This document shows, one piece after another, positions 1-13,700 of a stretch of DNA of 63,723 nt. Source of the DNA: Octopus bimaculoides (taxonomy: Eukaryota); the NCBI RefSeq assembly GCF_001194135.2, contig NC_069003.1, forward strand, positions 19,454,759 through 19,518,481. The letters run 5' to 3'. Under the pieces are notes generated by a model, which was not told the DNA's origin, did no database searches, and worked only from the letters and a program-made list of their open reading frames with translations. The position numbers and the translations under genes are program-made. Within the stretch, counting starts at the first letter, position 1. Each line of letters starts with the position of its first letter.

Positions 1-286
1 ATTCTATGATGAAATTTGTGTTGATGCGATTAGGAAATGTTTCTGGGTGTTTGTGCAGCCAGAATTTAATTGCCTCAATCGCATATTCATGAGGGATATT
101 TGTATAAAGGTTGACCACGTCAAAAGACACCAAGAGTGACTCCTCGTTTGTTGTTTTCGGGAGGTGATTGAGCATGTCAAGATCATCTCTGATGAAACTT
201 TTGATGTGGCTTAGGAAAGGTTTCAAAAGAATGTCCAAGAAATTGCTTAAGCGATGTGTTTCGCAGGAGGTGCCTAAAGAGGACTG
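1..286 (-). mobile_element. Penelope-like retroelement reverse-transcriptase fragment (runs off the window edge)
   Basis: Open minus frame 286..2: GTSCETHRLSNFLDILLKPFLSHIKSFIRDDLDMLNHLPKTTNEESLLVSFDVVNLYTNIPHEYAIEAIKFWL. SFDVxxLYTNIP is the Penelope-type RT motif. Confidence 0.85.
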
Positions 287-1589
287 TCACTGTGATAGAG
301 TTTTGATGTCTATCACTAGCAACGCAGTAAATCTACCGCAACAATTTCCATCCAATCCAGACAAACAAGGAAAAGTGGATATCAACATGATTATGATGAT
401 GATGATGACACACACACACATACATACTTAAACACAAGCCAGCTGTTACTCATGCAGGAGTATAACCTGATAGGTCATACCATGCTTCTGCTAATTGTTT
501 TAGGCACCTATGTAGTTATGAGCAGATAGACTCCCTCTTCACTCTCCCCACACTTTGATGCAGTGGCACATTGAGGAAGGGACAGCTGATGGGAGGAGAG
601 AGAGGGGGAGAGAGAGGGGAAGAGAGAGAGAGAGAGAGTGGTCCCAGTATTCAGCTGGTATTCAATTTCAGTTGAATAGACTGAACCAACATGAAATGGG
701 GATCAAGGCTCCGTTGTCGACACATATTCTTGTTTGTTTGTTGTTATTGTTGGACTGAAAACTAGGACTGAGTGAGCTTTAGCCCTTTTTGCCTGATGTA
801 TGGTTTCCATCCACACTGGGATTACATCAAGATATTGGTGTTACCGTTTGTTGAACACTATGTTGGCCCTGACAGGATAGACCTTTGATGCCAGACAATC
901 TAGTTGTGACCATCTCACCATGCTTTTTCAGATGTATAGTGTACTTAGGACACCACATTATGTAAAATATTATTTTTATATTGAAATGTTAGAGCATGAT
1001 ATGAGGTAGAAATGGCTGCTTTATCTAGCAAGTTGAGTAAATGTGTAAGAGGTTCCTTTGTTTCATAGTACCATGTGGTTAAAAGTTTACATCCTATCAC
1101 CAGCACTATGTAACACTCTGTCCAGCCATGACCAATTAGCCTAATTTCAATAAGTCAGTGAGGGAGCCTCCTAAGTGAAATAACAGCCTAATCTTCCTGA
1201 AATTGCAACAAAGGGACACAATGCAGTTCTTAACATACAAATTAATGATTGGAATAGCCTTCCTTATATGGCAGATGAGGTTTACTAAGACCGAAAGATG
1301 TTCAAAGTTGTCTCCTGTATTTGCCAAAATAATTAAAATAATATTAGTTAGTGACTGATATTGTCTTTTCCTCACTGCCTAATTATTTTTAATTAGCTTT
1401 GTTAATGATCATTGCATTAAATATGTTCGTATAAACTGTTATATTGAATATATGGGAAGGCACTATTCACAAGTATTTTATCAGTTTGCAGTGTGGAGTT
1501 CAAGTTCTTCAACAGACCAAAAATAGGTCTGGAGAAACACCACAAGGAATTCTCTCCAGAGAAATACTTAAACTGATTAGATTACAACA

Positions 1590-1860
1590 CGGGAGGGGAG
1601 GGAGGGAAGTGATAAGGAGAAATGGGGAGTAGAAGGAGGAGAATAAAAGCAAGAAGGGGAAGAGGACAAGGAGATAAGAGAATGAAGTTAGAGGAGTAGA
1701 AAGAGGAGAGGAGAGAAGAGATAATGAAAGAAGAGTGAAACAAGGGAGGAGATAGAAAGAGAGGAGAGAAGAAAGAGGGACAAGGGGAGAGAAGGGAAAG
1801 AGCAATAGAAAAAAACAGGAGAAAGAGGTGGAGGAGGAGGAGTAGGAGGAGAAGACAAAT
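1590..1860. repeat. Purine-rich low-complexity tract (GAG/AGA). Similar tracts at 12520-12625 and 51140-51310
   Basis: Almost all A/G on the plus strand; this explains the spurious Leu/Ser/Phe ORFs there. Confidence 0.9.
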
Positions 1861-2067
1861 AAAACCAGCAATTAGACTGGTTTGTTGAGAAGTAACACAG
1901 TTGTTCCTGACACACAATATGGATCCTATAGGAGTTTGTAATTGGTCGTTATTGTGAGCAACTAATCTATTATTTAAATAGTGTTTTATTAATTATTTAA
2001 ATATAATCGGCCAGTATTATTACAATAAATAGCAACATCTTTAAAGGGGCAAAAAAATAATATACAC

Positions 2068-2101
<34 letters not shown>

Positions 2102-2309
2102 NNNNNNNNNNNNNNNNNNNNNNNNNNNNNNNNNNNNNNNNNNNNNNNNNNNNNNNNNNNNNNNNNNNNNNNNNNNNNNNNNNNNNNNNNNNNNNNNNNN
2201 NNNNNNNNNNNNNNNNNNNNNNNNNNNNNNNNNNNNNNNNNNNNNNNNNNNNNNNNNNNNNNNNNNNNNNNNNNNNNNNNNNNNNNNNNNNNNTTATATA
2301 TATATGAGA

Positions 2310-2434
2310 TGCAGGCTTCTCAACCACATGCTTTCAGGTTCAGTCCAATTGCATAGCACATCGAGCTAGTGTCTTCTATTATAGCCCTGGGCTTTGTAAG
2401 TGCATTTGGTAGACATAAACTAAAACAAGCTTGT

Positions 2435-2481
<47 letters not shown>

Positions 2482-2690
2482 ATGCATGTATGCCTTTGTG
2501 TCTCCCCACCACCAACCATAGCTTGATAACTAGTTTTGATTTGTTTATGACCCTGTGATTTAGTAGTTTGGCAAAAGTGATCAATAAAGTACAGGTTTTA
2601 ACAAAAAAGCACTGGAGTCGATTTGGTCAATGAAACCCTTCAAGGCAGTGCCTCAGCATGGCTGCAGTCCAAAGTCTGAAGCAAGATAAA
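2310..2690 (+). mobile_element. tRNA-derived SINE family A with internal (TG)n. Other copies at about 16540-16850+, 30695-31050+, 32590-32900-, 39840-40385+, 49320-49700-, 49750-50120-, 51670-52030-, 56285-56655-, 58640-59040+
   Basis: Recurring ~380-bp unit: ggctgtgtggtaagaagcttgcttcc...ggttcagtcccactg...gagtggatttggtagacggaaactg...(TG)n...ccagcatggccgcagtc...gaaacaagtaaaaga. Confidence 0.8.
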
Positions 2691-2888
2691 AGCTGGTGCC
2701 ACATATAAAGCACCCAGTAAACTCTGCAAAGAAGTTGGCATTAGGAAAGGCATCTAGTCATAGAAACCATGCCAAAACAAATGGAGTTTGGTGTAGGCTC
2801 TCTGGCTTGCTAGTTCCCGCTGAATTGTCCAACCCATGCTAGCATGGAGAAAGGATATTAAATGATGAGATAAATGATGATATATATG

Positions 2889-3080
2889 TGGAGGTGTGTA
2901 GCTTAGTGGTTAGGATGTTGCACTTATGATCATAAGACTGTGGTGTCAATTCCTGGAACCGGGCAATGCAGTGTTTCATATTACTCAAGTCCATTCAACT
3001 GGCAAAGATGGGTAATAATCCTGTCCAGATGGGAAATATATATACTACAGAAGCTGGAAAACTGGCCTCATAGTTCAGGA
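2889..3080 (+). mobile_element. tRNA-derived SINE family D. Other copies at about 3900-4175-, 20735-21040+, 21340-21450+, 37580-37800+
   Basis: Head ggaggcgcatggcctagtggttagggtgttgcac...gtttcaattcct with A-box/B-box-like motifs, recurring in several diverged copies. Confidence 0.7.
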
Positions 3081-3163
3081 ATGACATTTGATCATTGTTT
3101 TTTTAATATATATTTATATACATATATATATTTATATACATACATACATACACACACACACAC

Positions 3164-3196
<33 letters not shown>

Positions 3197-3216
3197 TGTA
3201 TGTATGTATGTATGTA

Positions 3217-3275
<59 letters not shown>

Positions 3276-4339
3276 NNNNNNNNNNNNNNNNNNNNNNNNN
3301 NNNNNNNNNNNNNNNNNNNNNNNNNNNNNNNNNNNNNNNNNNNNNNNNNNNNNNNNNNNNNNNTATATATATATATATATATTGACTGCAAGTTATGTAG
3401 GGAATTTGATACTGTTTGTCAGTGGAGTATTGAATATATTTTGATAGAATGCTGACTACAACAGGTGAAAACTGTTTTCACTTCCTTTTGAAAAATCTTT
3501 CAAAGAAATAAGCCAATGTACACTGGTCACAATCAGTATTTTACCATTTTCTAATAAGGAATCGATTTCTATTAAGCCTGCAGGCTATCTACGACGTCAG
3601 TGATTTTTCAATCAGAGTTTTTCTGTATCAGTAGATGCTAAATCTGGTTGTAAGAGGATATTTTTTTACTGATGGTTCTCAACAAAGCAGAAATACACAT
3701 TTTGCAAAGCTACCAATACTGCCGGCTGTTTTTGTCTGCTACTGGTGATATATTTCTGTTTTTTAACACTGTATGCCTTTAAAAGTTGCTATTTTGAGAG
3801 GAATACTGCATTTTTAGGCTTTAACTATTATATACAGATTGTTATTTTGAACTAATACGGCTTCCATCACATATACATACATATATGATGGATTCTCCTG
3901 TTGAAGATGACATATGAGCACTCAGCTTTTGCCCAATGTCCTACACAAATGATTTTTTTTATAGAGATCAAATGTTCATGCCACACATTAGCTCACCCCC
4001 TCCATCAAATTAACATTGCCTGAACAGGTGCACAGTGTATTATGCATCAAGTGTCGAAGTGATGGCAGAACAACAGGAGATGAAATATTTTACTCAAGAA
4101 TACAACACACTACCTGATCTAGGAATTGAAACCACAATTGTTAGATAGTGAGTGCAACACCTTAACCACTAAGCCATACACCTTCACGTATATATATTTA
4201 TATATATACACACGCACACAGATATGTATGTATGCACACACACACACACGTGTATACACATACAGGTATATGTAATACAAATACACACAAACACTCTTCA
4301 CATTAAAAAAAAACATCATATGTTGTCTTTAAACATGGC

Positions 4340-4980
4340 TACCATGCAGCTAGAGCACTCACAGCCCCTCCAAATGTTAGGCCCCACTATCACCAAGGAT
4401 CTCACCAGGTATGAATAGATCCTTAACATAGCTCGAGCTGCATTCTAGCAACTGGCCCTTCCCTTTAGGGCTAGAAAATATTTCAGTCTCCAACAATTAC
4501 TGACATTTTACAAAACTCAAGTTAGGTCCCAATGGAGTATTGCTCTCACATTTCAAATGCTGCTTCCATTACACTCATCTTAGACTGCATCCAGAGAGAG
4601 GCCACTTGACTGATTGTTATAAAATCATTCACAGAAACACTCCAGCCTCTGATCCACAGACATGCTGTGGCTCTTCTCTCTGTCTTTTCTACTGATACTA
4701 TAATGGTCTCTGTTCCTCAGATTGCTTGGTCTTGTCTTACCCTTACTCAGGCACTTTTAACTCACTCCTCTTTTCTCATCTCATCACAAATGTCATGCTC
4801 AACTCCCTCAGGCACCCTACTAACCATTAACTCCAGTCCCTTCCCCTCAAAACATCATCTCTCAGGAACTCTCCCAAAGCTCATGTGTTTCCATACAAGG
4901 AGTAACTTGAAACACTTTGAAAAGGACACTAACAATATCAATCTGCCAATTTTAGATGGTATCCAAAAGACCTAAGTCAC
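4340..4980 (+). mobile_element. Degenerate CR1-group (L2/Crack-like) LINE, C-terminal end of ORF2
   Basis: Frameshifted translation KYFSLQQLLTFYKTQVR..MEYCSHI..LDCIQREAT*LI..LQPLIHRHAVALLS..FY*YYNGLCS. This matches the LYKxxIRPxMEYCSxxW...LxHRRxVAxLxLFYRYY region of such LINEs. Confidence 0.7.
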
Positions 4981-6228
4981 TACACCTTCCTCAACATCCA
5001 ACAAGTAAATCAAACACATGTATATACATAATGTGTGTGTACATTGTATTTATATATGTGCCTGTAGTACACACACGCACACACATTGCATCTGTGTCTA
5101 TATACACACGCACATTTTGATCTGTCTATGTATGTATATATCTCTGCATGTGTATCTAAAAATGTCTGTACGGGTATACATATGCACAAAAGTACAATGC
5201 ACATATGCTGCCCATGAACATGCATGCATATGTGCACACACACACACATGCACATGCAGAAACATGCACTCACAGACACACACACACACACACATGCACA
5301 TACAGAAACACGCACTCACACAGACACACATACTGACAAATCAAAGTAAAATTGAGATGCTAACTCAGCTGCTTTCTGAATGAGATACAAAACTGTTTAA
5401 TTAAGTAATTAAGAAATTCATTAATTAATTAACACTGCTTCATTAAATCTATACAGTCTTACAATCTGTGATGCAAGTATCAATACAGACAACTAATAAG
5501 GAGACTTCTGTTACCAATCAAGTGTGACACCACCTACATGCAATGCCATATTATTCAGCACAGTTAAATATATAAGCTCATCTCTTCTACTATACCGTGT
5601 TGTAATAGTTGCTCTACATGCTAAAAATAGCAGCCAGATATCCTTTAAATTATATTCTATTGCTTTAAGTAAAGAAAAGTATATAGGGTAATGTAGTTTG
5701 TAATATACAAAATGATGTGATGGATAGTTATTGTCCTTCATATTATTGTGTGTTTCTGATGATGAGAGTTAGAGAGGAATATCTGTGACTACATGTGGAG
5801 GAAGTCCTTGCTTGAAGAGCACTGGTTGTTTTTGCCAATGTTTACATCTTTCACTGATACAAACACACATACATTTGTGTGTGTATTAGTGTGAGTGAGC
5901 TTGTATTTCCCATAGACTTCATGATTGTTCACTGTTGTGTAAACAATGGTCCCTCACAAGCAAATGGTGTCGCTTGCAGTTGACTACAAAAACCTGTTCA
6001 GGCTTCTTAACAGGTCGTACAATATTTCATTCCACTACTCTGTGCAACTGCATCTGATCTGAGATTTTTTTTTTAACTTGTTCACTAGACCTTAAAGAAT
6101 GATGCAGGATCAAGTGTGTAAGAAGTCTGCTTCCCAAACACATGGTTCTAGATTCAGTCCCATTGTGTGACACTTTGGGCAACCAAGGCCTTGTGAATGG
6201 ATTTGGTGGATGGAAATTGAAAGAAGCC

Positions 6229-6289
<61 letters not shown>

Positions 6290-9200
6290 TATATATATAA
6301 TCATCATTTAATGTCATCCATTTTCCATGCTGGCATGGGTTGGACGGTTTGACTGGGGTCTGGGAAGCCAGGAGGCTGCACCAGACTCCAGTCCTTCCTG
6401 ATGCCAACCACTCCGAGAGTGTAGTGGGTGCTTTTTATATAGCCCTCTCTATTGCTTTGAAATATATTAAATATAATATATAATTCTTTCTACTACAGGC
6501 ACAAGGCCTGAAATTTTGGGAGGAAAAAGCTAGTTGATTACGTTGATGTCAGTGATCAACTGGTATTCATTTTATTAGCCCCAAAAGAATAAGAAACAAA
6601 GTTGGCCTTGGTGAGATCTGAAGTCAAAAATGTAAAAAGCCAGAACAAATGCTGTCAAATCTTTTGTCTCATGTGTTAACGATTCTGCCAAATCACTACA
6701 TAAATGATAATGACAACAATAATTTCAATTTTTGGCACAGGGCCAGCAATTTAGTGGGGAGCAAGTTAGTCAATTACATTGATCCCAATGCTCAGCTGGT
6801 ACTTATTTTATTGACCCTAAAAGGACAAAAGGCAAAGCTGACCTTTGAACTTAACTGAAATATATTAACTAATGTAGTCCTAGCTACACAATAACAACTA
6901 AGAGAATAAGGAGGTAATCAATGGCGGAAGACTTTGATGTTATGGAGTCTGTTCAGTCTTGGCTGGGGATTTAGGGGCTTAAAGGACAAAAAACAACAAC
7001 AAACTTATAAAAGAGAAGGTGAAGAAAAAGAACAGTAGAGTGTAAAACCAAATTAGAAATTATTGACTTAGTGATTTACAGAACAGAGACTGAATAATTG
7101 AAGTTGAGAATAAATCAATGAACCAATCAAATGGCCATCACCACACCACCATCACAATTTAATCTCACTCAATATTCCTGTCTCTTTCTCTCTCATTTTT
7201 GTTTCTATTTTTTTCTTGTGACATTCATCTTACAATTTGGCAACTGTTGGATTGAAATGCAAGCTTAAAACATCAATTATTGTTATAATTATTTGTTATA
7301 ATTATTGTTATTATATAGGAAGGAGGTGCACTGGTAGAGTTGGTATGCACACAAATTGGAAGAGATTCAAATAAATGAAGCACTCATAGTGGTCATCTGC
7401 ATGATAGAAATCATTTATGATAATGATAATGGATTCAAATTTTAGCATGAAGTTAGCAAGTTTAGGGAGAGGGAGTAAGTTGACTATATTGATCCCACTG
7501 GTCCATTGGTATTTATTCTATCAATCCTGAATGGCTAAAAAACAAAGTGGACCTTAGCAGCATTTGAACTTGAATGTAAAGAGCCAGAAATAAAACTGCT
7601 ATTCATTTTCTTATGAATAATAATAATAATAATAATAAAGATGATAACAGTTTCAAATTTTAGCACAAGACTAGCAATTTTGCAGGGATGGTAAGTCAAT
7701 TACATTGACCCCAGTGTTCAACTGGGGACTTATTTTATTGACTCTAAAACGATCTAATGATTCTGCCAGCTCATAGCCTTTGAAAACATGACCAAAGATT
7801 TTCAAACTGTTCCAAACAAGATATAAAGAAATGACAAAGAAGCATGAAAAGTCCTTAATAAATTAAGGATAAAACTTTAACATAGTTGTTTTTAATGGAG
7901 AGCATGTTTGGCTGAAAAGTTGTCCCCTAGTTACACACACACACATCTAGGGAATGACATTCAGATACACATTTCAGCTGAGTAGACTGCAGCAATGTAA
8001 AATGAAGTGCTTTGTTGAAGGACACAATAAACTGTTTGGTTTGGGAACCGAAACCCTAGCCTTACAGTGGTGAGCTCAAAACTCTAATCCACAAGGCCAT
8101 GCATCTTTCAAATGGTTAGGATTTTAGATTCTGTACAAGGCAGACAAACAATTCTTTCATTGATTCTTACATATACCAACTTCTTTTACAATGGAATTAA
8201 ACTAAATGACACAATTTGATAATATGGGTCTCTTTCAGTTCCTGCCTACCAAATCCACTCATAAAGCTTTGGTCAGCCCAGGGCTATTACAGAAGACACT
8301 TACCAAATGTGCCACACAGTAGGACTAAACCCAAAACCACTACAAAAATTTTAAATATTGTAGAATTTTCTTCGGGATTTGGATTATGAAAAAATATTAA
8401 AGTCCGGGAAAAAGAATAAGCATAAAAACTATTGAATACTCGATAATTATATTTAATTCAACTAGTCATGTATCTCGTCTTGTGAATGTCATGGCAACCT
8501 TATTAATGCTGGTCTTGGTGTGTTTACATCCCCACAATTTAGTTCAGCAAAAGAAACCAATAGAATAAGCACTGAACTTAAAATAAAAATAAGTGTTGGG
8601 GTTGATTTGTTCGACTAAAATTCTTCAAGGTGATGCCCCAGCATGGCAGCAGTCAAATGACTGAAACAAGTAAAAAATAAAATATAAACTAATAATAGGA
8701 TTTTCTTACAGAAACAAAATTATCTGCTCAGCAAATGCTAAAACAATTTGTTGCTTTCATTATAATTAATTAAATACCCAAAGACCAGTAATATTTAAAC
8801 TTATAATTACACTCAGCTTACACAAATGAACATATTTCATTTAGATAATAAATGTAAGCACAACAAGAGTAAAAGCAATACAAATTTTGAACAATGTTGA
8901 TTGAAGCCAGAAATTTAAACTTTACAGCCATGAAAATTGGAAGCTGGAAGTGTATAAAAAAAAAGGAAAAAAGCCACACGTGCACAAATACAAACTATTT
9001 TATAGGCAGTACATCTAGCACAACTCGAACCATAAAGATTCTTAGATGACTTAAAGCTATAGAGAAATCAACACAGCTACTTAGAGGAAATAATTTAAAA
9101 AAAAAATCTAATGCACTAAATATCTTTTTTTTTTTTATTTATTAATAAGTGACCATATTCTCATACAGTTTGTAGTTTCCTGACTTTAAAGAAGCATGGT

Positions 9201-10429
9201 AGTGCCAGCAGAAAAAGAGCAAAACATTTTGCCAAGCACATTGAGCAAATCATAAGCTAGCTGAAGAGATTAGATAAAACCACTTGTGAACCTCATGAGC
9301 CTGTCATCATTATCTGATAATGTGTTTTTTACCCAACGTATGAAGTTTTCCTTTGAAACAGGAACACAAGTTTTGCATTACATCAGAGTTTCATATGTAA
9401 TTCATAGAACGTGAACAGCAAAACAATTTTTTTCTTTCTTTGTCTTTTCTTTTTCTTTTTTTCTTTCTGAAGAATTTGTAAAATATCCAGCAGGATGAAA
9501 CAGCTAGTGGTGTTTTCACCAATTTTCATTGTTAAGTCTAAAAATTCTTTAATTCAATAGTGATGCCATAACAAAATTATTCTGTTTTCGTATTTTATCC
9601 ATATAACTTGTAGTGTAATCTTAAGTTGAATTCATAAAACTCAACATGTACTTCAAAATCCCTTGGATGAGAAATGCGTTTAAATTATCACTTCAACTGC
9701 TAGAAATAGCGACAGAAGTTTCATCAAATTCTATCCTGCTGTCTTAGAGAAGAAGGACACATCAGACACTGTAGTGCTAGATATAAAAAAAATACTGGAT
9801 GGCCATAGCTGGAAAGTTCTTGATTATGGATTCAACAGGGCTGACACGGGTCTAAACAATAACAACAAACAACTAAGAGTACTTTTGTTGCTCCTCAGAG
9901 TGAAAGTTTCATTTCCAAGTAACAGGAAATCCTAACCAGAGCCTCCACTAGCTAAGGTTCACTAAGTATTGGTACTTATATGTGCAGGTTGGTGGTGGGT
10001 GAGGTGGAGACTAACGGTGGCACAATGTGTGTAAATCTCCCTTCACTATGTCACCAGTGTTGTCCAAGGAAAAGGCTAGCCTTAAAGACTAAAACACATT
10101 GACCCCAGTGTCATTACAAGTATTGCAAAAATCAGAAACAGCTAGCACAAGGCATCATGTCTACATGACATCAATCATCTCAATTTATTTTCAGCTATGT
10201 GGGATGATTTAAGCATATAATGAATTTAAAGAGGCTCTTCTGTTGATTAAGCTACATTGAGACACATTTTGGTTGATTTTTTTGTCTTCTTTCATCGTAG
10301 GGCTACTTTTTTTTTAGTTCAAATCTTGACCTGACTAGCTTTTCCTTTCATCTCTCTGGGGTTGATAAAAAGAATGTACCAGAATTGTTAAATGTACTGG
10401 GGTTGATAGTATTAAAATGTGTAGCAATA

Positions 10430-11050
10430 TTTCTTCTGATTCATTATGTTCTGAGTTCAAATTCTGCTGAAGTTAATTTTGCCTTTCATCCTTTTAGAGT
10501 CAATAAGATAAGGACCAGCTGAACACTGGGAACACTATAATTGACTAACTTGCTCCCCACTAAACTACAGGCCTTGCGCCAAGCTGTCAGAATCATTAGC
10601 ATGCCACATGAAGTGCTTAGTGGTATTTCGACTGCCTTTATGTTCTGAGTTCAAATTCCACCAAGCTCGACTTTGTCTTTCATCCTTTCGGGATCGATAA
10701 ATTAAGTACCAGTCGAGTACTGGTGTCGATGTAATCAACTATTCCCCTCCCACAAACATTCAGGCCTTGTGCCTATAGTAGAAAGGATTATTATTATTAT
10801 TATTAATGTAGTGAGCTGGCAGAATCATTGTGAGTTAACACAGGACAAACAGTTTAACAGCATTTGTTCTGGCTTTTCATATTTGAATTTGGATCTTGCT
10901 GAGGTTGACCTTGCCTTTTATCCTTTCATGATCAATAAAATAAGTACCAGTTGAGCACTGGGGTTGATGTAATTGACTAACAGGTGGGTCAATGTTTATT
11001 GACTAAATCCTTCCCACTAAAATTAGTGGCCTTGTACTAAAATTTGAAAC
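10430..11050 (+). mobile_element. Cluster of 3-4 SINE family C copies, plus orientation
   Basis: Repeated gagctggcagaatc...ttctgagttcaaattc...ctttgcctttcatcctttc...taagtaccagt...actggggtcgat units. Confidence 0.75.
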
Positions 11051-11283
11051 TATTATCATAGTTGAGAAGAAATGTTAGAATGTTCTTTAGTTTAGTTAGC
11101 CAACATGGTTAAGACCATAATACAGCACCTGAATTAAATATTTTTTTGTTAGTGTGTGTGTCTCATTTTGGGCATGTACCTGAATTCTAAATTTTATCTA
11201 AGGATTATGCTGTCTTCCCATGCTTCCTTTTACTATTGCATTTACACTATAATTATCTATATTTATACTATATATGATATATA

Positions 11284-11590
11284 TGACCGAGACCTTTGGA
11301 AATGTGCTGTGCGTGAGAAGACCCGGCAAGCCAAGTAAGATCGTTGCCAGTGCCCCTGGACTGGTTCTTGTGCGGGTGGCACATGAGATGCGCCATTTTG
11401 AGCGTGGCCGTTGCCAGTACCGCCTGACTGGCTCCCGTAGGATTTTCGAGCGAGATCGTTGCCAGTGCCCCTGGACTGGCTTGTGCGGGTGGCACATAAA
11501 AGACACCATTTCGAGCGTGGCCGTTTTCGTGCGGGTGACACGTAAAAGCACCCACTACACTCTCTGAGTGGTTGGCGTTAGGAAGGGCAT
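11284..11590 (+). mobile_element. 3' end of an RTE-type LINE (ORF C-terminus DRDLWKCAVREKTRQAK* plus a tandemly repeated 3' UTR), CpG-rich
   Basis: Internal direct repeats (gatcgttgccagtgcccctggactgg...gagcgtggccgtt) followed by aaaagcacccactacactctctgagtggttggcgttaggaagggcat. The same family occurs at 39279-39612. The RTE assignment is from recalled C-terminal style and is not proven. Confidence 0.6.
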
Positions 11591-11748
11591 NNNNNNNNNN
11601 NNNNNNNNNNNNNNNNNNNNNNNNNNNNNNNNNNNNNNNNNNNNNNNNNNNNNNNNNNNNNNNNNNNNNNNNNNNNNNNNNNNNNNNNNNNNNNNNNNNN
11701 NNNNNNNNNNNNNNNNNNNNNNNNNNNNNNNNNNNNNNNNNNNNNNNN

Positions 11749-12113
11749 AATGGCCCAGTGGTTAGGGCAGCGGACTCGCGGTTTCGATTCCCAGACTGGG
11801 TGTTGTGAGTGTTTATTGAGCAAAAACACCTAAATCTCCACGAGGCTCTGGCAGGGGATGGTGGCGAACCCTGCTGTACTCTTTCACCACAACATTCTCT
11901 CACTCTTACTTCCTGTTTCTGTTGTGCCTGTAATTCAAAGGGCCAGCCTTGTCACACTGTGTCACGCTGAATATCCCCGAGAACTATGTTAAGGGTACAC
12001 ATGTCTGTGGAGTGCTCAGCCACTTGCACGTTAATTTCACGAGCAGGCTGTTCCATTGATCGGATCAACTGGAACCCTCGACATTGTAAGCGACGGAGTG
12101 CCAACAACAACAA
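11749..12113 (+). mobile_element. tRNA-derived SINE family B, near full length, with (CAA)n tail
   Basis: A box tggcccagtgg, B box gtttcgattcc, conserved 3' domain gtggagtgctcagccacttgcacgttaatttcacgagcaggctgttcc, tail ccaacaacaacaa. The 5' end abuts a gap. Confidence 0.8.
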
Positions 12114-13498
12114 TATATGAATATGTGTAGGTACGTGTATAAATGTATCATTTATAATACAACATATACAAGCATATATTTATAGTATATATATTTTCCT
12201 ATATATAGTATATATATACTATATATATTTATAGTATATATATTCAAATTCTAATGTATGTAATGTATATACATTATATATGATAAATGTACACTAATAT
12301 CAATGTGTATGTGTATATACATTAATCCGTGTGTGTGTGTGTGTGTAAATAAATACACTGACACACACACACACAGTTTAATGTATATACATACTGCTGC
12401 CTAAATAAATTATTTATATATACATGACATATACACCCCTATATCTGCAACTTTGATGCCTTGCACATGACTTAACCAAGAGAATCAATACACTGTTTTT
12501 CCCAAAAGGTTCAGAGGGAGAGGGAAAGAAAAGAGACAGAGAGAGAGAGAGAGAGACAAAGAGGAGAGAGAGAGACAAAGAGGAAAGAGAGAGAGAGAGA
12601 GAGGAGAGACAAAAAGAGAGAGTTCATACAGAAAGCCATAACAAGTAGAAATATATATNNNNNNNNNNNNNNNNNNNNNNNNNNNNNNNNNNNNNNNNNN
12701 NNNNNNNNNNNNNNNNNNNNNNNNNNNNNNNNNNNNNNNNNNNNNNNNNNNNNNNNNNNNNNNNNNNNNNNNNNNNNNNNNNNNNNNNNNNNNNNNNNNN
12801 NNNNNNNNNNNNNNNNNNNNNNNNNNNNNNNNNNNNNNNNNNNNNNNNNNNNNNNNNNNNNNNNNNNNNNNNNNNNNNNNNNNNNNNNNNNNNNNNNNNN
12901 NNNNNNNNNNNNNNNNNNNNNNNNNNNNNNNNNNNNNNNNNNNNNNNNNNNNNNNNNNNNNNNNNNNNNNNNNNNNNNNNNNNNNNNNNNNNNNNNNNNN
13001 NNNNNNNNNNNNNNNNNNNNNNNNNNNNNNNNNNNNNNNNNNNNNNNNNNNNNNNNNNNNNNNNNNNNNNNNNNNNNNNNNNNNNNNNNNNNNNNNNNNN
13101 NNNNNNNNNNNNNNNNNNNNNNNNNNNNNNNNNNNNNNNNNNNNNNNNNNNNNNNNNNNNNNNNNNNNNNNNNNNNNNNNNNNNNNNNNNNNNNNNNNNN
13201 NNNNNNNNNNNNNNNNNNNNNNNNNNNNNNNNNNNNNNNNNNNNNNNNNNNNNNNNNNNNNNNNNNNNNNNNNNNNNNNNNNNNNNNNNNNNNNNNNNNN
13301 NNNNNNNNNNNNNNNNNNNNNNNNNNNNNNNNNNTATGAAAATGGCACCGAATATACCTTGATTGTGTATAGAGCTGTTTGCAGGCATTTGGTTTAAATC
13401 ACTAGAATTGTGTGCTTGAGCATGTATTCATACACACACACACACACATCTATATTATAAAAAATATATATTAGTGATAGGGGCAATATTAATACCAA

Positions 13499-13700
13499 GA
13501 GGTAATATTTATCCCCACTTAAAAGTGGATGTTCTGTTAGAACAAACTATACTGCAGTAGATACTGTGAGAAAAACTTGAGAGAAGCTATAAGAGCAGTT
13601 TGCACCAAAAGCCATTATAGAAGTTTCTCTCATGGTATCTACTGCAATATAATTTGTTCTAACAGAACATCCATGTTTAAGTAGACATAAATATTACCTC
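13499..13700. mobile_element. Fold-back MITE-like element, ~80-bp inverted arms
   Basis: gaggtaatattt...ggatgttctgttagaacaaa.tatactgcagtagatac.. is mirrored by ..gtatctactgcaatata.tttgttctaacagaacatcc...aaatattacctc. Confidence 0.8.

Noticed and set aside
1872-1925. Minus-strand tag|GAT CCA... giving DPYCVSGTTVLLLNKPV, superficially like the expected next exon (DP...TV)
   Set aside because: In-frame TAA after 17 codons, no pyrimidine tract and no IRSLV/GDRL motifs.
3545-3577. 33-nt cag|...|gtaaaa segment (xLIEIDSLLENx) as a mini-exon
   Set aside because: Stop in phase 0, which is the phase of the preceding donor; purine-rich acceptor with two competing AGs; weak donor.
10206-10220. atttaagcatat in the duplicated element matches the 5' region of LSU rRNA, suggesting a snoRNA guide
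   Set aside because: A 12-nt AT-rich match is within chance expectation, and box C and box D are not both intact in either copy.
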